From Sphingomonadales bacterium (lineage in GTDB: Bacteria; Pseudomonadota; Alphaproteobacteria; Sphingomonadales; Sphingomonadaceae), in contig JBBRVH010000001.1 in assembly GCA_038246995.1 (NCBI GenBank), forward strand, positions 4,466 through 68,465: a DNA stretch of 64,000 nt. The letters are read 5' to 3'. The notes under the pieces are model-generated. The model searched no databases, was not told the origin of the DNA, and was given only the letters and a program-made list of their open reading frames with translations. Of the stretch, positions 36,632 to 43,572 are shown piece after piece; positions within the stretch are counted from its first letter, which is position 1, and each line of letters opens with the position of its first letter. The translations under genes were made by a program, and so were the position numbers.

Positions 36632-36907
36632 TCAGTTGATCTTGTCGGGGAGCGCCGGCGTGTCGCGCAGGCTTTCGATCTGCGCGGTCAGGCCTTCGTT
36701 GCGGTCGGTGACGATGCGATTGAGCACCGCGACGCGTTCTTCGAGCCGTTCGATCTTGGCGGCATATTGCGCCGCCTGTTCACCGGCGGTGCGTGCCGTG
36801 ATCTCCAACTGCTTTTCCTTCATCGCGATCCATTTGGTCACGACATTGGACAGGATGGCGATGATCGGGATCAGGAAGACCAGGATCGGTACCATGTAAT
36901 TCCACAT
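36632..36907 (-). CDS. PspB/PspC-zipper-like single-pass membrane protein, array copy 3
   Basis: 91 aa. TM VPILVFLIPIIAILSNVV, C-terminus ERLEERVAVLNRIVTDRNEGLTAQIESLRD. SD AGGGAGA. Confidence 0.7.
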   Translation of the reverse strand: MWNYMVPILVFLIPIIAILSNVVTKWIAMKEKQLEITARTAGEQAAQYAAKIERLEERVAVLNRIVTDRNEGLTAQIESLRDTPALPDKIN

Positions 36908-36929
36908 CGAAAATCTCCCTTGAGCCGCG

Positions 36930-37223
36930 TCAGTCGCGCAGTTTCTCGATTTCGGCGGTCAGCCGGAGCGGCGTGTCGGTGGCGATGCGTTCGAGCACCG
37001 CAACGCGTTCCTCCACCCGGCCGAGCTTGCCCCGCAGCGCTTCATTGTCGCGTTCGAGAATCTCGTTCTGGCGCTTGAGATCGAGATCATCCTTGCGCGT
37101 CTGGCCACTCCATTCGTTTTCGAGCGGGTAGCCGTGCCTGGCACGGATGGCGGTGGTGACGATCCAGCTGATAAAGCTCATCGCGATAATGGCGAGAACA
37201 AATTCGGGGCCTGCGAAGTCCAT
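36930..37223 (-). CDS. PspB/PspC-zipper-like single-pass membrane protein, array copy 2
   Basis: 97 aa. TM FVLAIIAMSFISWIVTTAI, then RHGYPLE, C-terminus VEERVAVLERIATDTPLRLTAEIEKLRD. SD AAGGA. Confidence 0.75.
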   Translation of the reverse strand: MDFAGPEFVLAIIAMSFISWIVTTAIRARHGYPLENEWSGQTRKDDLDLKRQNEILERDNEALRGKLGRVEERVAVLERIATDTPLRLTAEIEKLRD

Positions 37224-37247
37224 TGTTCACATCCTTGTCGGGCGATT

Positions 37248-37532
37248 TCAGTCGCGCAGTTTCTCGATTTCGGCAGACAGCCGGTCGGGGGTGTCGGTGG
37301 CGATGCGTTCCATCACCGCCATGCGTTCTTCCAGCCGGGCGACCTTGCCGCGCAACTTGGCGTTGTCCTGCTCCAGCTCGCTGGTCAGGGCGCGGGCTTC
37401 GACATCCTTGATGCGCTTGCCACCGAGCGAGAAGCCGTTCTTGCGGGCCTCCAGCTCCATCCCGGCGCGCACGATGCGCCCGACGACAACGATCGCGACA
37501 ATCACGATCACGAAAATCATGCCACTCGACAT
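37248..37532 (-). CDS. PspB/PspC-zipper-like single-pass membrane protein, array copy 1
   Basis: 94 aa. TM MIFVIVIVAIVVVGRIV, C-terminus LEERMAVMERIATDTPDRLSAEIEKLRD. SD GGGGAGAGAG. Confidence 0.75.
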   Translation of the reverse strand: MSSGMIFVIVIVAIVVVGRIVRAGMELEARKNGFSLGGKRIKDVEARALTSELEQDNAKLRGKVARLEERMAVMERIATDTPDRLSAEIEKLRD

Positions 37533-37559
37533 CGTCTCTCTCCCCCTCGCAGCCAGCGC

Positions 37560-37940
37560 CTAGCGCAGGCTGTCTATTTCGTTGGCCAGGCTGCGGTTCG
37601 ACGAGGTCACATAGGCCTCGATATCGCGCAGCCGGCGGTCGGATTCGCGAAAGGACGCATGGACGTCGCGCACGGTGCGCTGCGGCGCCACCCGCACATT
37701 CTTCCAGAACTGCTTGTCCTCCAGGCTTTCGTTGTACAGCATCGTCGGCTTGGGATCGGCGATCCAGCCGATGGCGAGATAGATGATCGGCAGGAAGCCG
37801 ACCCCCATCACCATCGCAGCGACGACGCCAACGCGTACCCAGGTCGGTTCCCAGCCGAAATAATCGGCGATGCCGGCGCAGACCCCCATGAAGCGCTTGT
37901 TGCGCTTGTCGAGGTAGAAACGAGTGCGGCGAACGCTCAT
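37560..37940 (-). CDS. pspC: envelope stress response membrane protein PspC (long form with C-terminal zipper)
   Basis: PspC domain FMGVCAGIADYFGWEPTWVRVGVVAAMV...IIYLAIGWI and C-terminus RRLRDIEAYVTSSNRSLANEIDSLR (compare E. coli RLREMERYVTSD). Confidence 0.85.
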   Translation of the reverse strand: MSVRRTRFYLDKRNKRFMGVCAGIADYFGWEPTWVRVGVVAAMVMGVGFLPIIYLAIGWIADPKPTMLYNESLEDKQFWKNVRVAPQRTVRDVHASFRESDRRLRDIEAYVTSSNRSLANEIDSLR

Positions 37941-37965
37941 GGCGTGTGTCCCTGTTACGACGAGA

Positions 37966-38166
37966 TCAAGCAGACCGGCTGGAGGCGATGAGCCCGATCA
38001 GCAGGTAGATGATGACCGGCGAGCCGAAGCCGACGACCATCGCAAAGAGAAAGCCGACGCGAAACCAGATCGGATCGGCGCCGAAGTAATTGGCAAGTCC
38101 GGCACAAACGCCCATGATCTTGCCATTGGTCTTGTCGAGGCGGAACGGGCCGCGGACGGTCAACAT
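37966..38166 (-). CDS. PspC-domain-only small membrane protein
   Basis: 66 aa. IMGVCAGLANYFGADPIWFRVGFLFAMVVGFGSPVIIYLLIGLI, with no zipper tail. Confidence 0.8.
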   Translation of the reverse strand: MLTVRGPFRLDKTNGKIMGVCAGLANYFGADPIWFRVGFLFAMVVGFGSPVIIYLLIGLIASSRSA

Positions 38167-38193
38167 CGGTCTATCCCTTGCGTTGGCTGAAAT

Positions 38194-38478
38194 TCAGCGC
38201 AGTTCCTGGCGATCGCTGCGGTCGGGGATCCGACCGGCGGAAAGATCGGCCAGGCGCCCGTCCTTCCAGTTGGGGTTGTCGGCGGCGATGATGCGCTCGA
38301 TCGATTCGAGCCGGCCATCGAGCCGCCGCGCCATTTCATGGAGATCGTCGAGCAGCACTTCATCCTGCTGGCTGATGCCGCGGCCGGATTTCCACTTGGT
38401 CAGATAATGGAGCACCAGCCAGGGCAGGCCGATGAACAGCATGCCGACGATGGGAATGGCGATAAAGGATTCGTCCAT
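38194..38478 (-). CDS. pspB: envelope stress response membrane protein PspB
   Basis: IPIVGMLFIGLPWLVLHYLTKWKSG...RLESIERIIAADNPNW matches the PspB pattern. Starts 4 nt after the pspA stop. Confidence 0.85.
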   Translation of the reverse strand: MDESFIAIPIVGMLFIGLPWLVLHYLTKWKSGRGISQQDEVLLDDLHEMARRLDGRLESIERIIAADNPNWKDGRLADLSAGRIPDRSDRQELR

Positions 38479-38482
38479 CGTC

Positions 38483-39157
38483 TCAACCTTCCGACTTGGG
38501 CGACAGGCGCGCCTTCATGGCCGCCAGTTCGCGGCTGACATCATCATCCGCCGATAGATCGGCGAATTCATCGGCGAGCGTGCGCGGCGGGCCGCCCAAA
38601 GACAGCGCATCGGCGCGGCCTTCGGCCAGATCGGCGCGGCGCTCCATGATCTCGAAGCGGGCAAAGGCTTCATCGACGCGCGGGCCTTTGGTCATCTCGA
38701 TAAGCTTGCTGCGGTTGGTCGCCGATTCGATGCGATTGAGAATGACGTTCTGGCGGGTGCGCGCCTCGCGAAGCTTGCCTTCCAGCTTGTGGATATCGGC
38801 TTCGTTGAGCGCGAGGCCCTGGTCGAGTGCCGCGATTTCACCCTGCATCTGGTCGGCAAAGCCCTTGGCCTTGGCCTTTTCGACCAAAGCCGCCTTGGCC
38901 AGATCCTCACGGCCCTTCGACAAGGCGAGCTCGGCCTTTTCGGCCCAGCTTGCCTGCGCGGCTTCGGCGCGGATCACCGCGCGCCGCATTTCCTTCTGGT
39001 CGGCAATGGTGCGCGCCGCCGAGGCGCGGACTTCGACCAGCGTTTCCTCCATCTCCATGATGATCATGCGGATCATCTTGGCCGGGTCTTCGGCCCGGTC
39101 GAGAAGGTCGGTGACGTTGGCGGCGATGATATCGCGGGTCCGCGAAAAAATGCCCAT
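38483..39157 (-). CDS. pspA: phage shock protein A (PspA/IM30 family)
   Basis: MGIFSRTRDIIAANVTDLLDRAEDPAKMIRMIIMEMEETLVEVR. Start moved to ATG 39157. Confidence 0.9.
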   Translation of the reverse strand: MGIFSRTRDIIAANVTDLLDRAEDPAKMIRMIIMEMEETLVEVRASAARTIADQKEMRRAVIRAEAAQASWAEKAELALSKGREDLAKAALVEKAKAKGFADQMQGEIAALDQGLALNEADIHKLEGKLREARTRQNVILNRIESATNRSKLIEMTKGPRVDEAFARFEIMERRADLAEGRADALSLGGPPRTLADEFADLSADDDVSRELAAMKARLSPKSEG

Positions 39158-39254
39158 GGTGGTGTTGCTCCAGTGCTTCAAATTGGGGCCGGAGGGGGAG
39201 GCGAGGGGGAGGGGGAAACCCCTGACCAAAGCCCCTCCGGCGATCGCCGGCGGG

Positions 39255-39431
39255 TTATTCCCCGCGGACGATATTCGAATTCGAGACGGAATTCACGCTG
39301 TTGTTCGAGCCATGCGGTGCAGCTACGGCCGGGCCGGCAGCAGCAACCAGGAAAGTGGCGCTGATCACGAGAGCGGCGGCGGCGCTGACAAGGCTGCGGA
39401 GCGTGTCGTTGCTGTTGAAGAAGTTGGTCAT
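39255..39431 (-). CDS. unannotated 58-aa ORF with signal-peptide-like N-terminus, first cistron after the psp sigma-54 promoter
   Basis: Below the ORF-track length cutoff, translated by hand codon by codon: MTNFFNSNDTLRSLVSAAAALVISATFLVAAAGPAVAAPHGSNNSVNSVSNSNIVRGE, ending in TAA. SD-like GAAGGA 7 nt upstream. Confidence 0.5.
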   Translation of the reverse strand: MTNFFNSNDTLRSLVSAAAALVISATFLVAAAGPAVAAPHGSNNSVNSVSNSNIVRGE

Positions 39432-39497
39432 TTCACGGTCCTTCGAGTGTCTGGTTGGCGGCTGGCGGGAATGTCCGGCCGCTCATGCCAAGAGTAT

Positions 39498-39513
39498 TGC
39501 AAAGGCCGTGCCA
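39498..39513 (-). promoter_or_regulatory. sigma-54 (-24/-12) promoter of the psp operon
   Basis: Minus strand reads TGGCAC-GGCCT-TTGCA, an exact fit to TGGCAC-N5-TTGCW. It points toward the small ORF and pspA and is divergent from pspF. Confidence 0.8.
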
Positions 39514-39624
39514 ACCGGCGGAAACTACATAAGATATTGAAAAGATTGGATACAGCCAGCCAAGTGGAGTTTATTTTTACTGAACCCTTGCTGAATATTG
39601 GGAAATTGCACTAACTTTGGGGCC

Positions 39625-40662
39625 ATGGCGAAACCTGTAGCCCTGATCGGTTCCTCCTCGATCTTCCTCGATGCGGTCGAACGCGCCTCGGCCGCGGCGA
39701 CGCTCAACCGCCCGGTGCTTGTCATCGGCGAACGCGGCACCGGCAAGGAACTCATCGCCGAGCGTCTCCATCGCCTCAGCCCACGCTGGGGCGGGCCGCT
39801 CGTGTCGCTCAACTGTGCGGCGCTGCCCGAAAACCTCATCGATGCCGAATTGTTCGGTTATGAAGCCGGCGCCTTCACCGGCGCCGCCCGGGCCCGCGCC
39901 GGCCGCTTTGAAGATGCCGACGGCGGCACGCTGTTCCTCGATGAAATCGGCACGCTGTCACCGGCGGCGCAGGAACGTCTTTTGCGCGTCGTCGAATATG
40001 GCGAATTGACCCGCATCGGCTCCAACCGCGCCATTGCCGTCGATGTGCGCCTTGTCGGCGCCACCAACGAAGATCTTCCCGGCATGGTGACGCGCGGTCG
40101 CTTTCGTGCCGATCTGCTCGACCGGCTGTCGTTCGAAGTCGTCACCCTGCCCCCGCTCAGGGAAAGAGCGGAGGACATCGAGGTACTCGCGACGCATTTT
40201 GCCCGGCGCATGGCCGCCGAACTCGGCTGGTCGCGTTTCCCGGGCTTCACCGACAAGGCAACGGCGTTGCTCGACAGCTATGCCTGGCCGGGCAATGTTC
40301 GCGAACTGAAGAATGTCGTCGAACGCTCCTTGTATCGCTGGGGCGATGCCGACACGCCGGTCGGGCGGATCATCCTCGATCCGTTCGAATCGCCGTGGCG
40401 GCCGGCGCCATTGCCCGGCACCGCCCATGCGATCGGTGCCGCCCCGGCGTCGATCAACCCGATCGCCGAAGCCGCCGCGCTGCCGGCGCCGGCACTGACC
40501 GGTGTCAGCGATTTTCGCGCCGCGGTGCTCGCCTATGAACGCGACATCCTGCTCGCGGCGCTCGACCGCTGCCGCCACAACCAGCGCCGCACCGCCGCGG
40601 CACTGGCGCTGAGCTATGACCAGTTGCGCCACGCGCTGAAGCGCCATGACCTGCTCGAATAG
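39625..40662 (+). CDS. pspF: sigma-54-dependent activator PspF (AAA+ domain plus HTH, no receiver/sensor domain)
   Basis: LIGSSSIFLDAVERASAAATLNRPVLVIGERGTGKELIA, GAFTGA loop (ELFGYEAGAFTGA), C-terminal HTH RRTAAALALSYDQLRHALKRH. Start at ATG 39625. Confidence 0.9.
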   Translation: MAKPVALIGSSSIFLDAVERASAAATLNRPVLVIGERGTGKELIAERLHRLSPRWGGPLVSLNCAALPENLIDAELFGYEAGAFTGAARARAGRFEDADGGTLFLDEIGTLSPAAQERLLRVVEYGELTRIGSNRAIAVDVRLVGATNEDLPGMVTRGRFRADLLDRLSFEVVTLPPLRERAEDIEVLATHFARRMAAELGWSRFPGFTDKATALLDSYAWPGNVRELKNVVERSLYRWGDADTPVGRIILDPFESPWRPAPLPGTAHAIGAAPASINPIAEAAALPAPALTGVSDFRAAVLAYERDILLAALDRCRHNQRRTAAALALSYDQLRHALKRHDLLE

Positions 40663-40708
40663 CCTGTCGCGACCTGGCCGCTGGCGCCGGGTGGCGCGCG
40701 CTGTCGCG

Positions 40709-41503
40709 ATGCACCGCCTGTTGGTCGTTTTCGTACCATTGCTGGGCGCTGCAGCGCCGGCAACCGCCGGTGATGACACGGCAAGCGCTCGCACCATCAT
40801 CGCCCGCGCCTTTGCCGCGGCTGGCGGCGATGGCTGGGCCCGCGCCCGCACCCTCATCCTGTCGGGCCGCGCCGTGTTCTACGGCGGTGGCGCTGCGCCA
40901 CGCCGGGTTGCCGATGACTACCGCATGTGGCGGGTGTTCAAGGATGCCCGCATCGCTGCCCATGGCGAAGCCGGCCAGGTACGCATCGAGGCGCGCCACC
41001 AGGGCAAGCCGCTGTTCCTTGTCGGGTCCGACGGCACGACCAGTTTCAACGAAAATGGCATCATTCCCAAGGCGCAAGCCGATGCCTTCTGGGCGAGCAA
41101 CTTCGGCTTCGGCGTCATCCGCTCGGCGCTCGGCCCGGGGTTCAGGCTCGACCGCCTGCCCGATGACAGCGTGGATGGCCATCCGGCCTGGATGGTGCGG
41201 GTGACCGATCCGGCGGGCACGGCAACGCTGTTCGGCATCGACAAGGCCAGTGCCGCGATCCGGCTCGCCGGTTTCGCCACGCCGCGCGGCTGGCATGTGC
41301 GGATTTATGATGATTTCGTGCGGCTGAAGAACCCCGCCTGGCTGCAGGCTCGCAAGGTCACGCTCTATTACAATGGGGTCAAGGCCAACGAGGTCTTCTG
41401 GACGGACTTCAAGGTCAACGCGCCCGTCCCGCCAGACCTGTTCACGCCCCCAGATCGAGCCCGTGCTTCTTCAACAGCGGCACCTGGAGGATCGCAAAAA
41501 TAA
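40709..41503 (+). CDS. secreted hypothetical protein
   Basis: Signal peptide MHRLLVVFVPLLGAAAPATAGDD. About 265 aa with no motif I recognise. The 3-prime end overlaps the convergent yciB by 62 nt. Confidence 0.5.
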   Translation: MHRLLVVFVPLLGAAAPATAGDDTASARTIIARAFAAAGGDGWARARTLILSGRAVFYGGGAAPRRVADDYRMWRVFKDARIAAHGEAGQVRIEARHQGKPLFLVGSDGTTSFNENGIIPKAQADAFWASNFGFGVIRSALGPGFRLDRLPDDSVDGHPAWMVRVTDPAGTATLFGIDKASAAIRLAGFATPRGWHVRIYDDFVRLKNPAWLQARKVTLYYNGVKANEVFWTDFKVNAPVPPDLFTPPDRARASSTAAPGGSQK

Positions 41504-42050
41504 AGGTCGCGCTGGTGACGCCCCAAACCTTGAAGTTCACCCATTGGTCGGTGGTCAGCACCTGCCGGGCGACTTCGTTCGCGGCCATCAGCGCGATGAA
41601 GAACAGCGCCCAGTTGCGGGTCAGCTTGCGCCAGCCAGCGTCATCGAGCTGCGGCAGCGCTTCGCCCATCACCAGCTTGAGATAGGATCGCCGCGTCGCC
41701 AGCCCGAACAACAATATGCCAGCGAACATGCCGTAGATCAGCGTCGGCTTGAGCTTGATGAACGTATCGTCCTGCAACCACAGCGTCAGCCCGCCGAACA
41801 CGACGACAATCAGCCCGGTGAAGATCAGCATGGGCGGGATATGGCGGGTTTTCCACCATGACAGCGCCATCGCGACCAGGGTGGCGACCATGAATGCGGC
41901 CGTGGCGGTGAACACCCCGCCGAACTTGTTGGCAGCAAAAAAGATCAGCAAAGGTCCGAAATCGATCGCCAGCTTGAGCGCGGTCGGCATCGGGGTGCGG
42001 CCGGGCTTTGCGGTTGCCGGGGAAGCAGGCGGGGGGGTGGGGTCACTCAT
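41442..42050 (-). CDS. yciB: intracellular septation protein A (YciB/IspZ family)
   Basis: LKLAIDFGPLLIFFAANKFGGVFTATAAFMVATLVAM...TFIKLKPTLIYGMFAG. Start moved to ATG 42050. Confidence 0.85.
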   Translation of the reverse strand: MSDPTPPPASPATAKPGRTPMPTALKLAIDFGPLLIFFAANKFGGVFTATAAFMVATLVAMALSWWKTRHIPPMLIFTGLIVVVFGGLTLWLQDDTFIKLKPTLIYGMFAGILLFGLATRRSYLKLVMGEALPQLDDAGWRKLTRNWALFFIALMAANEVARQVLTTDQWVNFKVWGVTSATFIFAILQVPLLKKHGLDLGA

Positions 42051-42095
42051 ACCGCCCCGCCCATACCGCCTTTTGTCACTGCCTGTCATCCCGGG

Positions 42096-42707
42096 ATGAC
42101 AGCAACCGGTGCTGCCGCTAGCGTGCGGGCCGTGTCGCCAGAACCGCTCATCATCACCGATCTTGCCTGCCGGCGCGGCGACCGGTTGCTGTTCGAAGGC
42201 GTGTCGTGCCGCCTCGAACCCGGCGGCGCGCTGCATCTCGAAGGCCCCAACGGCAGCGGCAAATCGAGCCTGATGCGCATCCTTGCCGGGCTGTTGCCAG
42301 CGGCGGCGGGCAGCATCACCGGTGGCGGCGTGCGCGGCTTTCTGGGTCATGAGGTCGCACTGAAGCCCCGCCAGCGGCTTGGCGCCGAACTGGCGCATTG
42401 GGCGCGGCTCGATGACGGACTGGCGCGCCTGCCGGCGGCGATGGCGGCGATGAATGTGACAGCGCTTGCCGAGGTGCCGTGCCGGCATCTGTCATCGGGG
42501 CAGCGTCGCCGCGCCGGGCTGGCACGCGTACTGGCGAGCGGCGCGGACCTCTGGTTGCTCGATGAACCCACCGCCGGGCTCGATACCGCGTCGGCGGCGC
42601 TGCTGGCGGCGGCGATGGCGGCGCACCGGGCGGCGGGCGGCATGGTCGTGGCGGCGGTGCATGGCGATATCGGGCTGGCGGCGCCGCAACGGTTGGTGCT
42701 CGGCTGA
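42096..42707 (+). CDS. ccmA: heme exporter ATP-binding protein CcmA
   Basis: Walker A GPNGSGKSSLMRILAGL, signature LSSGQRRR, Walker B LWLLDEP. Confidence 0.9.
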   Translation: MTATGAAASVRAVSPEPLIITDLACRRGDRLLFEGVSCRLEPGGALHLEGPNGSGKSSLMRILAGLLPAAAGSITGGGVRGFLGHEVALKPRQRLGAELAHWARLDDGLARLPAAMAAMNVTALAEVPCRHLSSGQRRRAGLARVLASGADLWLLDEPTAGLDTASAALLAAAMAAHRAAGGMVVAAVHGDIGLAAPQRLVLG

Positions 42708-43333
42708 TGTTCTTCTTTCTCGTCCGCCGCGATCTGGTGCTGATCGCACGTTCCCCGGCGCTGTGGATGCCGGTGATGTTCTTCGTGCTGGTGGCGGCGA
42801 TCTTCCCCTTTGCCGTCGGCCCCGATGCGCGGCTGCTGGCGCGCATCGCGCCCGGCATCGTCTGGGTAGCGGCGCTGCTGGCGGCGCTGTTGCCCGTCGA
42901 AACCCTGCTCGCCCCCGATCTGGAGGACGGCACGATCGACCAGCTCGCGGCGCGCGGCATCGCCATGGAACTGGTGACGGCGGCCCGCATCCTGGCGCAC
43001 TGGCTGGGCTTTGCCGTGCCGTTGCTCGCGGCGCTGCCGATCGCGGCGGTGCTGCTCGGGCTGGAGGGCGCCGCCTTCTGGCGGCTGGCGGCCGGGCTGG
43101 CGCTGGGCACGCCGGCGCTTGCCGCCCTCGCCGTGGTGGCGGCGGCGCTGACGGCGGGTTTGCGCGGCGGCGGCGCGCTGGCCGGGCTGATCATCCTGCC
43201 GCTGGCGCTGCCGATCCTGATCTTCGGAGTGGGGGCAGAAGCCGCCGGCGCGCTGAAACTGCTTGCTGCGGCCAGCCTCGTTTCGCTGGCCATCGCGCCC
43301 TTCGCGGCGGCAGCCGCGCTGCGGCAAGACTGA
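42707..43333 (+). CDS. ccmB: heme exporter membrane protein CcmB
   Basis: FFLVRRDLVLIARSPALWMPVMFFVLVAAIFPFAVGPD... Shares 1 nt with the ccmA stop (TGATG). Confidence 0.85.
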   Translation: MFFFLVRRDLVLIARSPALWMPVMFFVLVAAIFPFAVGPDARLLARIAPGIVWVAALLAALLPVETLLAPDLEDGTIDQLAARGIAMELVTAARILAHWLGFAVPLLAALPIAAVLLGLEGAAFWRLAAGLALGTPALAALAVVAAALTAGLRGGGALAGLIILPLALPILIFGVGAEAAGALKLLAAASLVSLAIAPFAAAAALRQD

Positions 43334-43337
43334 CCCC

Positions 43338-43494
43338 CCTCTCCCGCCTGCGGGAGAGGCGAGAGGCGCGCCCGTCGCGGAGGCGACATTCGTCGCGGTG
43401 CCCCGGGTGAGGGTGTACCCCAGCGCCGACACATAAGAACACCCTCACCCGCTCGGCGAAGCCGCCGAGTCGCCTCTCCCGCAAGCGGGAGAGG
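43338..43494. repeat. composite palindromic intergenic element (two CCTCTCCCG/CGGGAGAGG hairpins flanking a 12-bp long-range stem)
   Basis: Hairpin 43338-43359, stem gggtgagggtgt 43405-43416 with acaccctcaccc 43439-43450, hairpin 43473-43494. Same architecture as 17883-17985. Confidence 0.65.
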
Positions 43495-43572
43495 GGGGCG
43501 TAACTGCGCCCGACGACCGCTTGTGCCCCGCCAATTTCCCTTCCCACCAAATCGAGTCTATCCCCGCGCGCC

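Noticed and set aside
39591-39606. Second sigma-54-like word TGGGAAATTGCA on the plus strand in front of pspF
   Set aside because: GG to GC spacing is 6 nt instead of 10, so it cannot be a -24/-12 promoter.
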